Assembly (NCBI GenBank): GCA_047601445.1 | Contig: JASGJH010000001.1 | Location: 9,312,001-9,376,000, forward strand | Length of the DNA: 64,000 bases | Origin: Myxococcales bacterium | Lineage (GTDB): Bacteria; Myxococcota_A; Polyangia; Polyangiales; DASUME01 | Reading direction: 5' to 3' | Part shown: positions 10,379-19,400 of the stretch, piece by piece | Numbering within the stretch: the first letter of the stretch is position 1 | Layout: each line of letters opens with the position of its first letter | Made by a program: the position numbers and the translations under genes | The notes under the pieces: model-generated | What the model saw: only the letters and a program-made list of their open reading frames with translations | Told to the model about the DNA's origin: nothing | Databases searched by the model: none

Positions 10379-11950
10379 GTGGAGCTCGACCGCCAAGCCT
10401 GTTATCGCGTGCTCTTGGCGCGCGACCGCCGCTACGACGGGCGCTTCTTCACCTGCGTGACGAGCACCGGCATCTACTGCCGCCCGATTTGTCCGGCGCG
10501 CACACCCAAGCTCGAGAACTGCGTGTTCGTGACCAGCGCGGCGGCAGCCCAGGAGGCCGGGTACCGTCCGTGCCTACGCTGTCGTCCAGAGCGCTCGCCC
10601 GACATCGTGGGAACCTGGGGGAGCTCGGCGACCGTGTCGCGCGCGCTCAAGCTTATCGAACGCGGCGCGCTCGATGGGGACGACTGCGAGGCCCTCGCCG
10701 CCCGCCTCGGAGTCGGCGCGCGTCAGCTGCGGCGCTTGTTTCACCAGCACGTGGGAGCGTCGCCCATCAGCGTCGCGCAGACGCGCCGTGTGCTGCTGGC
10801 CAAGCAGCTCATCCACGACAGCAGCTTGAGCATGACCCAGGTGGCTTCGGCGAGCGGCTTCTCGAGTTTGCGGCGCTTCAACGAGACCTTTCGTGCGCTC
10901 TATGGACGCCCGCCGAGCGCCCTGCGAAGGCGCAGCGTTCCGGCGCGCGACACGAACTCATCGCTCGAGCTGTTCTTGCCCTATCGCCCGCCCTACGACT
11001 TTCCCCATCTGCTGGCATTTCTGCAGGCGCGCGCCATCACCGGCGTGGAGCAGGTGGTGGAGGGACGCTACGAGCGCGTGATCGACGTGGCAGGCCGTCC
11101 GGGTGCGCTTGCCGTCTCCAATTGTGCCGAGCGCAGCGCGCTGCGCGTGCGTGTGCATTTGCCGGACCTGGCTGCCTTGCCGAGCGTGGTGGCCCGGGTT
11201 CGCCACCTGTTCGATTTGGGGAGCGATCCGCGGGTCATCGCGCGCGAGCTCGGGCGCGATCCGCTGTTGGCGCCGCTGGTGGCCACTCGCCCGGGGCTGC
11301 GCGTGCCGGGCGCCTGGGACGCGTTCGAGGTGGCGGTGCGAGGCATCATCGGTCAGCAAATCACGGTGCGCGCCGCTACGAAGCTCCTGGGCGAGCTCGT
11401 GGCGAACCTGGGCAGCCCGCTCGCTCGGGGGCCGTGGGAGCCAGGCTTGAGTCATGCCTTTCCCAGCCCCGAGCGCTTCGAGCTCGCGAAGCTCGAGCGG
11501 CTCGGTATGCCGCGCGCACGGGCGGCCGCGCTCCACGGCGTGGCGCGCACGCTCCTGAGTGAGCCCGATCTCTTCGAGGTGGGACGCTCGCTGGAAGAGA
11601 CCGTCGCGCGCCTGGTGCAGCTGCCGGGCATCGGAGAGTGGACGGCCCAGTACATCGCGATGCGCGCGCTGGGGCAGAGCGACGCCTTGCCCGTCGGCGA
11701 CATCGGTCTGTTGCGCGCGCTGGCGCAGGACGGCGTTCGCCCCACGCCCAAGGTGCTCCTGGCGCGCGCGGAGGCCTGGCGTCCTTGGCGTTCCTACGCA
11801 GTGCTGCACTTGTGGACCGAGGAGGCCGCGCGCGCGGCCTCGAAACCGCCATCTGCCCAGCCCGCCGAGCGCCGAGCACCGCGCCGCCGCAACGAGTCCA
11901 AACGAACCAAGGAGGAGCGCCGTGTCGACGTCCATGCCGCTGCGAGTTGA
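10379..11950 (+). CDS. alkA: Ada Zn-binding/AraC-AlkA fusion, DNA-3-methyladenine glycosylase II
   Basis: STGIYCRPICP, GYRPCLRCRPE, AraC HTH, HhH-GPD LPGIGEWTAQYIAMRA, WRPWRSYA. Confidence 0.95.
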   Translation: MELDRQACYRVLLARDRRYDGRFFTCVTSTGIYCRPICPARTPKLENCVFVTSAAAAQEAGYRPCLRCRPERSPDIVGTWGSSATVSRALKLIERGALDGDDCEALAARLGVGARQLRRLFHQHVGASPISVAQTRRVLLAKQLIHDSSLSMTQVASASGFSSLRRFNETFRALYGRPPSALRRRSVPARDTNSSLELFLPYRPPYDFPHLLAFLQARAITGVEQVVEGRYERVIDVAGRPGALAVSNCAERSALRVRVHLPDLAALPSVVARVRHLFDLGSDPRVIARELGRDPLLAPLVATRPGLRVPGAWDAFEVAVRGIIGQQITVRAATKLLGELVANLGSPLARGPWEPGLSHAFPSPERFELAKLERLGMPRARAAALHGVARTLLSEPDLFEVGRSLEETVARLVQLPGIGEWTAQYIAMRALGQSDALPVGDIGLLRALAQDGVRPTPKVLLARAEAWRPWRSYAVLHLWTEEAARAASKPPSAQPAERRAPRRRNESKRTKEERRVDVHAAAS

Positions 11951-12455
11951 GCGTCACCTCTCACCCCTGGGCCCACTGCTGCTGGTGACCAGCCAGGATG
12001 GCACCCTGCGGGCACTGGATTACGAGGCCTACAGAGACCGCATGCTGCGTTTGCTCGCGCTGCACTATGGCGAATGCGCGCTCACCCCGAGTCCCGGGAG
12101 TCCCTCGCTCGCGCGTGCCCTCGCCGACTACTTCACGGGTGACCTGGAACGACTCGAGGCGCTGCCCGTGGCCACCGGGGGCACGGCCTTTCAACGCGAG
12201 GTTTGGCGGGCCCTGCGCGCGATTCCTGCCGGCACCAGGCTTTCTTACGGTGAGCTTGCGGCGCGCCTCGGACGGCCGAGCGCAGCGCGTGCGGTGGGAC
12301 TCGCCAATGGCGCGAACCCGATCGCCATCGTGGTCCCCTGTCACAGGGTGATCGGCGCGAACGGTTCGCTCACTGGCTACGCGGGCGGTGTCGAGCGCAA
12401 GCGCTGGCTGCTCGAGCACGAAGCGCGTCGCACTCCGTTCGTGGCGAGTGTCTGA
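11922..12455 (+). CDS. ogt: Methylated-DNA-[protein]-cysteine S-methyltransferase
   Basis: GTAFQREVW, AARAVG, NPIAIVVPCHRVIG; GGAGGAG precedes GTG 11922 (alternative ATG 11934). Confidence 0.95.
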   Translation: MSTSMPLRVERHLSPLGPLLLVTSQDGTLRALDYEAYRDRMLRLLALHYGECALTPSPGSPSLARALADYFTGDLERLEALPVATGGTAFQREVWRALRAIPAGTRLSYGELAARLGRPSAARAVGLANGANPIAIVVPCHRVIGANGSLTGYAGGVERKRWLLEHEARRTPFVASV

Positions 12456-12535
12456 AAGGCAGACGCAGACGTAACGCGCTTGACAAGTTGGCGAAGAGGC
12501 GCGCGCTCTAGGCCCAAAATCTCGGTGTTTTCGCG

Positions 12536-12552
12536 TTGGCACGTCGCCTGCT
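12536..12552 (+). promoter_or_regulatory. sigma54 (-24/-12) promoter
   Basis: TTGGCACGTCGCCTGCT: GG 12538-39, N10, GC 12550-51. Confidence 0.75.
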
Positions 12553-12563
12553 CATGCGGCTGC

Positions 12564-12974
12564 ATGCACAAACAACTTTTGAGATTGCAGAGCTCCGAGC
12601 ACGCGCGCAGGTCACGGCGCAGGCTCGGCATGACGTTGATCGAGATCATGATCGTGGTCGTCATCATGGCCCTCGTCACCATGGGGGTGGCGGTGGCCGT
12701 GGTCCCAGCGTTCGAGCAAGCCAAGCTCAAACAAGCGGAGTCGGCTGTTCAAACCGTGAAGAATGCCGTCACCCTCTACAAGATCACGCACAGCTCGGAG
12801 TGCCCCAGCATGACCCAGCTCACCGAGGCCAACGTGATCCAGCGCTCCACCGCCACCAAGGACCCATGGGAGCACGACTTCGCCATCGCTTGCGACGCTC
12901 AAGAAATCTCCGTGCGCTCCGCTGGACCCGACGGCGAGTTCGACACGGTGGACGATGTGCCTCGCGGCGAGTGA
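12564..12974 (+). CDS. GspG-like type II secretion major pseudopilin / prepilin
   Basis: Class III signal RRLG|MTLIEIMIVVVIM with E5; C-terminal KDPW...SAGPDGEFDTVDD. Confidence 0.85.
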   Translation: MHKQLLRLQSSEHARRSRRRLGMTLIEIMIVVVIMALVTMGVAVAVVPAFEQAKLKQAESAVQTVKNAVTLYKITHSSECPSMTQLTEANVIQRSTATKDPWEHDFAIACDAQEISVRSAGPDGEFDTVDDVPRGE

Positions 12975-13116
12975 GCATGCCTCTGCGCGGCGAACGCTGC
13001 TTCGTCGCCCCGCTCGTCCGCGGCGGTAGTCTCACAGATGGTGGGGCGCTGTCGGCTCCGCCGCCCACGCGAACGAGCAGGCGGGTTCGACCTGCGAATC
13101 CAAGGAGGAGGGCACC

Positions 13117-13416
13117 ATGCGCACCATGTTGAAGGTCACCATGCCGGTGGAGGCGGGCAACCAGGCGATCAAGGAAGGCACGATGCAGAAGGTGATGATG
13201 GCCTTCGCGAACCAGTGCAAGCCAGAGGCGGCTTACTTCATCGCGGAGGGAGGGGATTGCACGGGGGTCTTCGTGTTCGACCTCAAGGACCCCACCACGC
13301 TGCCTTCGGTGTGTGAGCCGTTCTTCTTCCAGCTCAAGGCCAGGGTCACCGTGACGCCGACCATGAACATGGAGGAGATGAAGGCAGGCATCGAGCGTGC
13401 AATGCGACCGATGTGA
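13117..13416 (+). CDS. Small conserved protein (DUF3303/GYD-like ferredoxin-type fold)
   Basis: AGGAGG RBS; EAGN.AIK.G...KPEAAYF...G..TG.FVFDL.D...P...EPFF pattern. Confidence 0.7.
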   Translation: MRTMLKVTMPVEAGNQAIKEGTMQKVMMAFANQCKPEAAYFIAEGGDCTGVFVFDLKDPTTLPSVCEPFFFQLKARVTVTPTMNMEEMKAGIERAMRPM

Positions 13417-13463
13417 GCGGGCTCGGGCATCCCGTCCGTGCACGGGCGTGATAGAACGGCGGG

Positions 13464-13850
13464 ATGTCGCTGAGCGAGCACGTGCAGAAGTTCGTCGAGT
13501 TGTGTGAGCAGGGCCGTACGCTGCAGGCCATGGATGCCTACTATGCCGAGGACGTGGTGGTGTACGAGAACCACGAACGCGCCCGCACCGGACGTGACGA
13601 ATGCCGAGCCTACGAGGAGCGAGCGCTCCAACAGGTGAGGCAATCCAGTCTAAAGGCTCGAGCGCGCGCGGTGGAGGCGCGGGATGGCGTGGCCTTCATC
13701 GAGTGGTTGATCCGCTTCGTGGGAGACGACGGGCGCCCGATGCGGCTCGAGGAGGTGGCCGTGCAGCGCTGGGCCGGCGGACGCATCATCGAGGAGCGCT
13801 TCTACTACGCCGGAGTGATCGACGAAGGGGACGAGGACGCCGAGACATGA
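13464..13850 (+). CDS. SnoaL-like / NTF2 family protein
   Basis: AMDAYYAEDVVVYEN...LEEVAVQRW..GRIIEERFYY. Confidence 0.85.
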   Translation: MSLSEHVQKFVELCEQGRTLQAMDAYYAEDVVVYENHERARTGRDECRAYEERALQQVRQSSLKARARAVEARDGVAFIEWLIRFVGDDGRPMRLEEVAVQRWAGGRIIEERFYYAGVIDEGDEDAET

Positions 13851-13882
13851 AGGCGTTCATCACGGAGGGGAGGGCGCCGCCG

Positions 13883-14314
13883 TCAGAGCAGCGGCTCGTA
13901 GCCGCCGCCGCGCTGCCTGCGACGGCACTCGGGCTTGAGCTCGCTGCGGGTGTTGGCCTCGAGGAGGGCGCAGGGGTCGAACCAGTGTAGGGTGCGAATC
14001 TCCGCGAGCACCGGGGCGAGCTCACCCTCGAATTCCGGGTTGTCCGGACAGCGGGTATGCCAGAGCGCGAACCGGTCCGGCACCTCCTCGAAGCACAGCA
14101 GTTCCTTCACCCCGCCGTTGCAGTTCGTGGCCACGACTAGCACCTGGCCCGGCAAGCGCCCGCGCTCGTGGACCCGGACCACCAGGTCGTGGTGGAACTC
14201 GCCCTGTTTCCAGTGCGCCACGATGTCGTAACCACGATGCTTGGTGATGACCGCTTCGAGCAGGGACCCGAAGGAGAGCTGGCGGGCGAGCTGGGCGAGG
14301 GCGTCATTGGGCAT
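13883..14314 (-). CDS. Conserved hypothetical protein (Cys/His-containing)
   Basis: Globular-looking ORF: HWKQGEFHHD, VATNCNGGVKE, HWFDPC, CRRRQRGGG. Confidence 0.65.
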   Translation of the reverse strand: MPNDALAQLARQLSFGSLLEAVITKHRGYDIVAHWKQGEFHHDLVVRVHERGRLPGQVLVVATNCNGGVKELLCFEEVPDRFALWHTRCPDNPEFEGELAPVLAEIRTLHWFDPCALLEANTRSELKPECRRRQRGGGYEPLL

Positions 14315-14417
14315 GCCTTCAGAACGCGTGCGGAGGGAAGAAAGTTCTAAATCGGCGTTCGGGCCCACGCTTTTTGTGTAGGTGGATCTCTCCCCAGCGC
14401 GCTTTTCCAGGCGGGCT

Positions 14418-15191
14418 TCAGTCGGTGGCCGTCTCGAAGGCCCGGAAGCGCTGGACGGCGTCCTGGACGAATGGGGAGAGGCTGACCGCGCCGACCAGGG
14501 CCTGGTTGATGGCGTGCCAGGGATGGGGCAACGGTCGCAGGACGTCCACGAACAGCACCACGCGGTCCTGCGCCGAGTCGTTCCAGACCTCGTGCTCGTA
14601 GGTGTCGTCGAACATCAGGCTCTTGCCCTCTTCCCACTGCAACAAGTGCTGGTCCACACGCAAGCGGCAGCGCTCGGGGTGAGGCACCACGAGCCCGAGG
14701 TGATAGCGCAGGAGACCCTTGTACGGGCCGCGGTGGGCAGGCACGTGGGTGCGCGGACCCAGGATGGAGAAGAACGCCGTCTTCATGCCTGGGATGGTCT
14801 CGACCAGCTGCGCCGTGCGCGGGCAGCGGCGGCAATTGACCTCCGAGCGATAGCCATAGGCGTGCAAGAAGAAGGTCTTCCAAGCGTGGCCCTGAGTCAG
14901 GTGAGCCTGGTCGGGCGAGATGTCCTGGAAGTTCGGGATGCGACCGCGAAAGGCGAGCACGCGCTCGAGTTCCGCCCGCATGTCGTGCCAGTGCTGCTCG
15001 AGCGGATGCACCCAGGGAAAGGCGTGGGCATCGAACACGGGGCGGTCGCCGTACGCCGAGCGCGCCGCGAGCCCTTCGCCGAGCTTGTCGAGGACCCTGC
15101 GACCCGAGCGCATGCCCTTACGGAGGACACGTCGCAGGGCGGGCACGGCCGGCGTGTAACTGGGGGGCGCAAATGGGATGTCGGTAGCCAT
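14418..15191 (-). CDS. Aspartyl/asparaginyl beta-hydroxylase family (LpxO-like) Fe(II)/2OG dioxygenase
   Basis: WKTFFL, AFFSILGP..HVPAHRGPYKGLLRYHLGL, FDDTYEHEVWN, RVVLFVD. Confidence 0.9.
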   Translation of the reverse strand: MATDIPFAPPSYTPAVPALRRVLRKGMRSGRRVLDKLGEGLAARSAYGDRPVFDAHAFPWVHPLEQHWHDMRAELERVLAFRGRIPNFQDISPDQAHLTQGHAWKTFFLHAYGYRSEVNCRRCPRTAQLVETIPGMKTAFFSILGPRTHVPAHRGPYKGLLRYHLGLVVPHPERCRLRVDQHLLQWEEGKSLMFDDTYEHEVWNDSAQDRVVLFVDVLRPLPHPWHAINQALVGAVSLSPFVQDAVQRFRAFETATD

Positions 15192-15204
15192 TCCGCTTCA
15201 CCCG

Positions 15205-15221
15205 AGCACGTAGGATGCCAG
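15205..15221 (-). promoter_or_regulatory. sigma54 promoter for the beta-hydroxylase
   Basis: Minus strand CTGGCATCCTACGTGCT: GG 15219-18, N10, GC 15207-06. Confidence 0.65.
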
Positions 15222-15409
15222 CCGAAGACTGTGCGAACGCGCGCGATTTGCCGGACTTACGCGAGATTTCTGTGGCGATGTGGGAGCCGGCGTAGCAGCT
15301 GCCTCACCTCGCGTTGCCGTCTTGGCAAAGCGTGCGCAGCGCCGGCGAGCGACTTCGCCAACCTGTCCAAAACTCCCGCCAAAGGTCCTCAAAATACGGG
15401 GGAATTTCA

Positions 15410-15426
15410 TTGGCGCACAGCTTGCT
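15410..15426 (+). promoter_or_regulatory. sigma54 promoter
   Basis: TTGGCGCACAGCTTGCT: GG 15412-13, N10, GC 15424-25; near-consensus. Confidence 0.8.
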
Positions 15427-15438
15427 CAGAGCCCCGGC

Positions 15439-16683
15439 ATGCACATTCAGTTGGTGTCGAGCGCCGCGCTCTGCGGCGTGTGGCGTCGTCTTGCGTCTTG
15501 CTCCTGGCATGCGGGAGCTCTCTGGTGGGGAGTCTGCGCGGCCCTGCTGTGGCCGTGCGCCATGGTCGGCGCGTCGCCGCCTGCCGGAGCCACGCCGTCC
15601 TTCCCCTTGAGTCAGGTGAGCGTGAGCATCGACAGCGATGAGAAGGAACGCTCCGAGGCGCTCTACGTGAACAAAGAGCAATGTGAAGTCGCGGAGGATG
15701 GCCAGGGGGTTACCATCGAGATCACGGTGACGTCGCTGAGCACGCAGCTCAATGCCGGCGCCGGGGTGCTCGAGCTATGGGTCGGCCAGTACTCCCAGGA
15801 CTGCTCGCTGGGTTCGAACCGGCAAACACTCAATGTTTCCCTCGATCACAAGACCGTCTGCTACCAGGTCGCCGATCCGATCTACGCCATCGACGCCACC
15901 AAGCAGAAATTCAAGCTCAACGCGCGCAGCCTGTTCTCGAGCGATCCGTCCGATCCAGACGTGGGTTGCGACCTCCAGAGCGGCCAGTCACTGTGGATCC
16001 TCCCGCTCGCCAATGCCACCCCGACCAGCGGCGCACCGGGCGATGCGATCGCGCCCGCGCTCGAGATCCGTTTCGTCGTCGATGTGACAGCGCTCGGTGC
16101 GCCAACCGACGTAAGTGGGGGCAGCGGCGAGACCCAGGCCGTAGTCGACTGGGACGCGCCGAGTGGGGCCGACACGCTCACCACCTACGAGATCTACTAC
16201 GACCTCACCGGCATCAGCGAGAGCGCCGATGCCACCTGCAGCTCGGAGCTCCTGGTGCCGGGGGCCGAAGCGGGAACGCCGAGTGAGGGCAGCCTCGAGC
16301 GTGTCAGTCTCGGGAACGCTACGCGCAAGACCATCAATCCTGGCGACCTGGGACTTGCCATCGGCGAGAAGGTGCCGCTCGCGCTCGTGGCGCTCGACGC
16401 GGCGGGGAACCGCAGCGTGCTGTCGGAGGTGGTGTGTCTGCGCATGGTGGATACGCAAGGCTTTTGGGACGCGTGCGACGCCGATGCGAGCTGTCGCGGA
16501 GGTCTCGCTGCGTGCAGCGCGGCGCCTTGGACGACGGCGCGCGAGGACGGGGGCGCGTTCGCGTGGGAGCTAGCGGGCCTCCTGTTCGCGCTGCTCTGGC
16601 GTAAGCGCCCTCGAGGCGCGGGCAGAGGCGGTGCTGGAGCGCGCGGCCCGGCTCAGGAGAGACGCGGTCGGTCTCACACGTAG
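15439..16683 (+). CDS. Cell-surface protein with FN3-like domain and MYXO-CTERM-like anchor (MXAN_2561-like)
   Basis: APTDVSGGSGE..AVVDW...YEIYY...ALDAAGNRSVLS..VC...GFW...CSAAP, then TM and WRKR tail. Confidence 0.65.
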   Translation: MHIQLVSSAALCGVWRRLASCSWHAGALWWGVCAALLWPCAMVGASPPAGATPSFPLSQVSVSIDSDEKERSEALYVNKEQCEVAEDGQGVTIEITVTSLSTQLNAGAGVLELWVGQYSQDCSLGSNRQTLNVSLDHKTVCYQVADPIYAIDATKQKFKLNARSLFSSDPSDPDVGCDLQSGQSLWILPLANATPTSGAPGDAIAPALEIRFVVDVTALGAPTDVSGGSGETQAVVDWDAPSGADTLTTYEIYYDLTGISESADATCSSELLVPGAEAGTPSEGSLERVSLGNATRKTINPGDLGLAIGEKVPLALVALDAAGNRSVLSEVVCLRMVDTQGFWDACDADASCRGGLAACSAAPWTTAREDGGAFAWELAGLLFALLWRKRPRGAGRGGAGARGPAQERRGRSHT

Positions 16684-16814
16684 ACCGTCGAGCGAGCAGC
16701 TCTTCGCACGCGATTCCGCGGGCATCGGAAGAATCGACTAGACGCGGAGACAGCGCACGCTCCGCGCCATTGCACGGTCCAGGAGGCGTGGGAGATCACA
16801 AGAAAGGAGGAGCC

Positions 16815-17138
16815 ATGGCGGACACGATCAGCGGTCAACCCCTCGGCCAAGACGATGAGTACGGAGCGTCGTCGCAAGCACCGCTTCCGTCCGAGGGCCC
16901 GCAGTCCAGCGGCTCTTCGAGCATCCAGACGGAGAGCAACGTTCGACTCGACAACGATCACGACCTCTCGCGCATTGGCGTGTGGATGGTCAGTCTTGGG
17001 GGCCTCGGCGTGTTGTGCGGAGGCGCGTTCCTCGTCGCCGGCGGCATCCTGCCAGGCGGCCTCGTGATCGCGGTCTCCTTGCTGTGCGCGTTCGTGGGCA
17101 TGTTGGCGTTGGGGCTGGTAGCGCACCACCAGGGCTAG
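16815..17138 (+). CDS. Small membrane protein (2 TM)
   Basis: AAAGGAGG RBS; acidic N-terminus and two hydrophobic helices. Confidence 0.65.
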   Translation: MADTISGQPLGQDDEYGASSQAPLPSEGPQSSGSSSIQTESNVRLDNDHDLSRIGVWMVSLGGLGVLCGGAFLVAGGILPGGLVIAVSLLCAFVGMLALGLVAHHQG

Positions 17139-17210
17139 CGGTGTCCTCAACCCACGTTTCCAGGCGCAACGAACCGTGCTTTCGTCCGTGAATCGTGCCA
17201 GTTTAGGGGA

Positions 17211-19331
17211 ATGGCAAGCGCCCCGCCCGATCGGAACGCGGAGGATGGCGACTGGTTTCGCGCTGCCTGTGAGACCTCGCCGATCGCGTTTAGTTTTTGT
17301 CGATACGTGCGCGACGAGCAAACGGGTGCCTTCCGCGACGTGCTGCTCCTGTACCAAAACGCCGCAGCCGCGCGCGTGACGCAGCTGCCGGCGGGTGCCT
17401 TCGCCGAGCCCCACAGCATCCGCACGGCGTTCCCGCAGGTCGCCGAGACGATCCTGTGGCAAGGCCACGATCAAGTGGCGACCTCCGGCCAGCCCTGGCA
17501 GGGCAACGTGCATTACGTCGGAGCAGGCGTGAATGGCTGGTTTCGCGTCACCATCAGCCGGGTGCGCGACGACCATGTGGCCGTCACCTTCGAAGACATC
17601 ACCGACATCAAGCGTATTGAGGAGGACAAGCTCGAGAGCGCTCAAATCAGCGAGGTGCTGCTCAAGGTCTCCCACGCCATTTCGGACTTGAGCCTGGAGA
17701 AGATCGTCCAGCGCGTGACCGACGAGGCTCGCCTCGTGTGCCGCGCCGAGTTTGGGGCGTTTTTCTACAATGTGCGCGATGCGAGCGGCGAGAGCTATAC
17801 GCTCTACACCCTGTCTGGCGTCCCGCGCGAGGCCTTCGCGCGCTTTCCCATGCCGCGCAACACCGCCTTGTTCGGGCCCACCTTCCGGGGCGAGCGCGTG
17901 GTGCGCATCGCGGACGTGCGCGCGGATCCTCGCTACGGCAAGAGTGCGCCGCACTACGGCATGCCCAAGGGCCACCTGCCCGTGCGCAGCTACCTGGCGG
18001 TGCCGGTGATCTCACGGACGGGTGAAGTGTTGGGGGGCCTGTTCTTCGGTCACTCCGCGGCCAGCGTCTTCACGGAGCGCGACGAGCGCATCGTGACCGC
18101 CATTGCCCAGCAGGCCGCCGTGGCCATGGACAACGCGCGCTTGCTCGAGATCGCCCAGCGCGAGAGCGCCACCGCCGAGGCCGCCAGCCGCGCCAAGGAC
18201 GAGTTCTTAGCCACCATCTCCCACGAGCTGCGGACGCCGCTGAACGCCATCTTGGGTTGGGCGAACATGCTGCAAACGGGACACCTTGCGCCCGAGAAGC
18301 AGCAGCGGGCCCTGGAGGCCATCGAGCGCAACGCACGCTCTCAGGCGGCGTTGATCGCCGACATGCTCGACGTATCGCGCATCGTCAGCGGACGCCTGAG
18401 CCTCAACATGTTCCCGTTCAGCGTGAGCAAGATGATCTATGCCGCGCTCGACGCCGTGCGGCCCATGGCGGAGTCCAAGCAAGTCCAGCTCAAGATCGAG
18501 CTCGAGGGTGATCTGGGGCTCATCAAGGGGGATCCCACGCGCCTGCAGCAGGTGGTCTGGAATCTCATCAACAACGCAGTGAAGTTCACCCCGTCGGGCG
18601 GTCACGTCGCCGTGCACGCCACGCGGGCGCAGGCATCTCTGCAGATTCGCGTGGAGGACGATGGCCGCGGCATCGAGCCTGCCTTCCTGCCCCATGTGTT
18701 CGAGCGCTTTCGCCAGGCGGACGCCAGCAGCACACGTTCCTTCGGGGGACTCGGTCTCGGGCTCTCCATCGTGAAGCACATCGTGGAGCTGCACGGCGGC
18801 ACGGTCAGCGCCCACAGCGCCGGCGCCCAGCAGGGCTCCACCTTCACCGTCACGCTCCCGTTCACGCCGCTCCCTGCTGGAGAGCGCGTGCCCATCAGCG
18901 CCATCGAGCCCATCTCCGAGCCACTGGGACGCCCGGCGCGACTCTCCGGGCTCAAGGTGCTGGTGGTGGACGACGAAGCCGACGCGCGCGATTTGCTGCG
19001 CGCGGTGCTCGAGCACAGCGATGCCCAGGTGCTGACCGCCGAGAACACCAGCCAGGCCATGGCCATTCTCGAAGGCGAACGCCCGGATGTACTCGTGAGC
19101 GACATCGGCATGCCCGGGGAAGATGGCTATTCGCTGATCGGCCGGGTGAGGGCCCTCAAGCCGAGCCAGGGCGGGCGCATTCCCGCCGTCGCGCTCACGG
19201 CCTACGCGAGTCCCCAGGACCGTACGCGCGCCCTCGCGCGGGGCTTCAACCATCACGTGACCAAGCCTGTGGACGCGAGCGAACTCCTGGTCGTGATCGC
19301 GAGCTTGGTGGAGCGCTACGCGACCGGCTGA
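17211..19331 (+). CDS. Hybrid sensor histidine kinase (PAS-GAF-HisKA-HATPase-REC)
   Basis: GAF HYGMPKGHLPVRSYLAVPV; SHELRTPL; NAVKFTP; GLGLGL; REC VVDDE..DIGMP..KP. Confidence 0.95.
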   Translation: MASAPPDRNAEDGDWFRAACETSPIAFSFCRYVRDEQTGAFRDVLLLYQNAAAARVTQLPAGAFAEPHSIRTAFPQVAETILWQGHDQVATSGQPWQGNVHYVGAGVNGWFRVTISRVRDDHVAVTFEDITDIKRIEEDKLESAQISEVLLKVSHAISDLSLEKIVQRVTDEARLVCRAEFGAFFYNVRDASGESYTLYTLSGVPREAFARFPMPRNTALFGPTFRGERVVRIADVRADPRYGKSAPHYGMPKGHLPVRSYLAVPVISRTGEVLGGLFFGHSAASVFTERDERIVTAIAQQAAVAMDNARLLEIAQRESATAEAASRAKDEFLATISHELRTPLNAILGWANMLQTGHLAPEKQQRALEAIERNARSQAALIADMLDVSRIVSGRLSLNMFPFSVSKMIYAALDAVRPMAESKQVQLKIELEGDLGLIKGDPTRLQQVVWNLINNAVKFTPSGGHVAVHATRAQASLQIRVEDDGRGIEPAFLPHVFERFRQADASSTRSFGGLGLGLSIVKHIVELHGGTVSAHSAGAQQGSTFTVTLPFTPLPAGERVPISAIEPISEPLGRPARLSGLKVLVVDDEADARDLLRAVLEHSDAQVLTAENTSQAMAILEGERPDVLVSDIGMPGEDGYSLIGRVRALKPSQGGRIPAVALTAYASPQDRTRALARGFNHHVTKPVDASELLVVIASLVERYATG

Positions 19332-19400
19332 GCACGAGCAAGCCTGGCCGCGGACCGGAATTGATTTGCCGGCCTTGATTGGGTTGAGTACGCCTGCGGC

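Noticed and set aside
17185..17202. TGGCACGATTCACGGA on the minus strand as a sigma54 promoter
   Set aside because: The -12 position is GG rather than GC, and no gene lies downstream on that strand.
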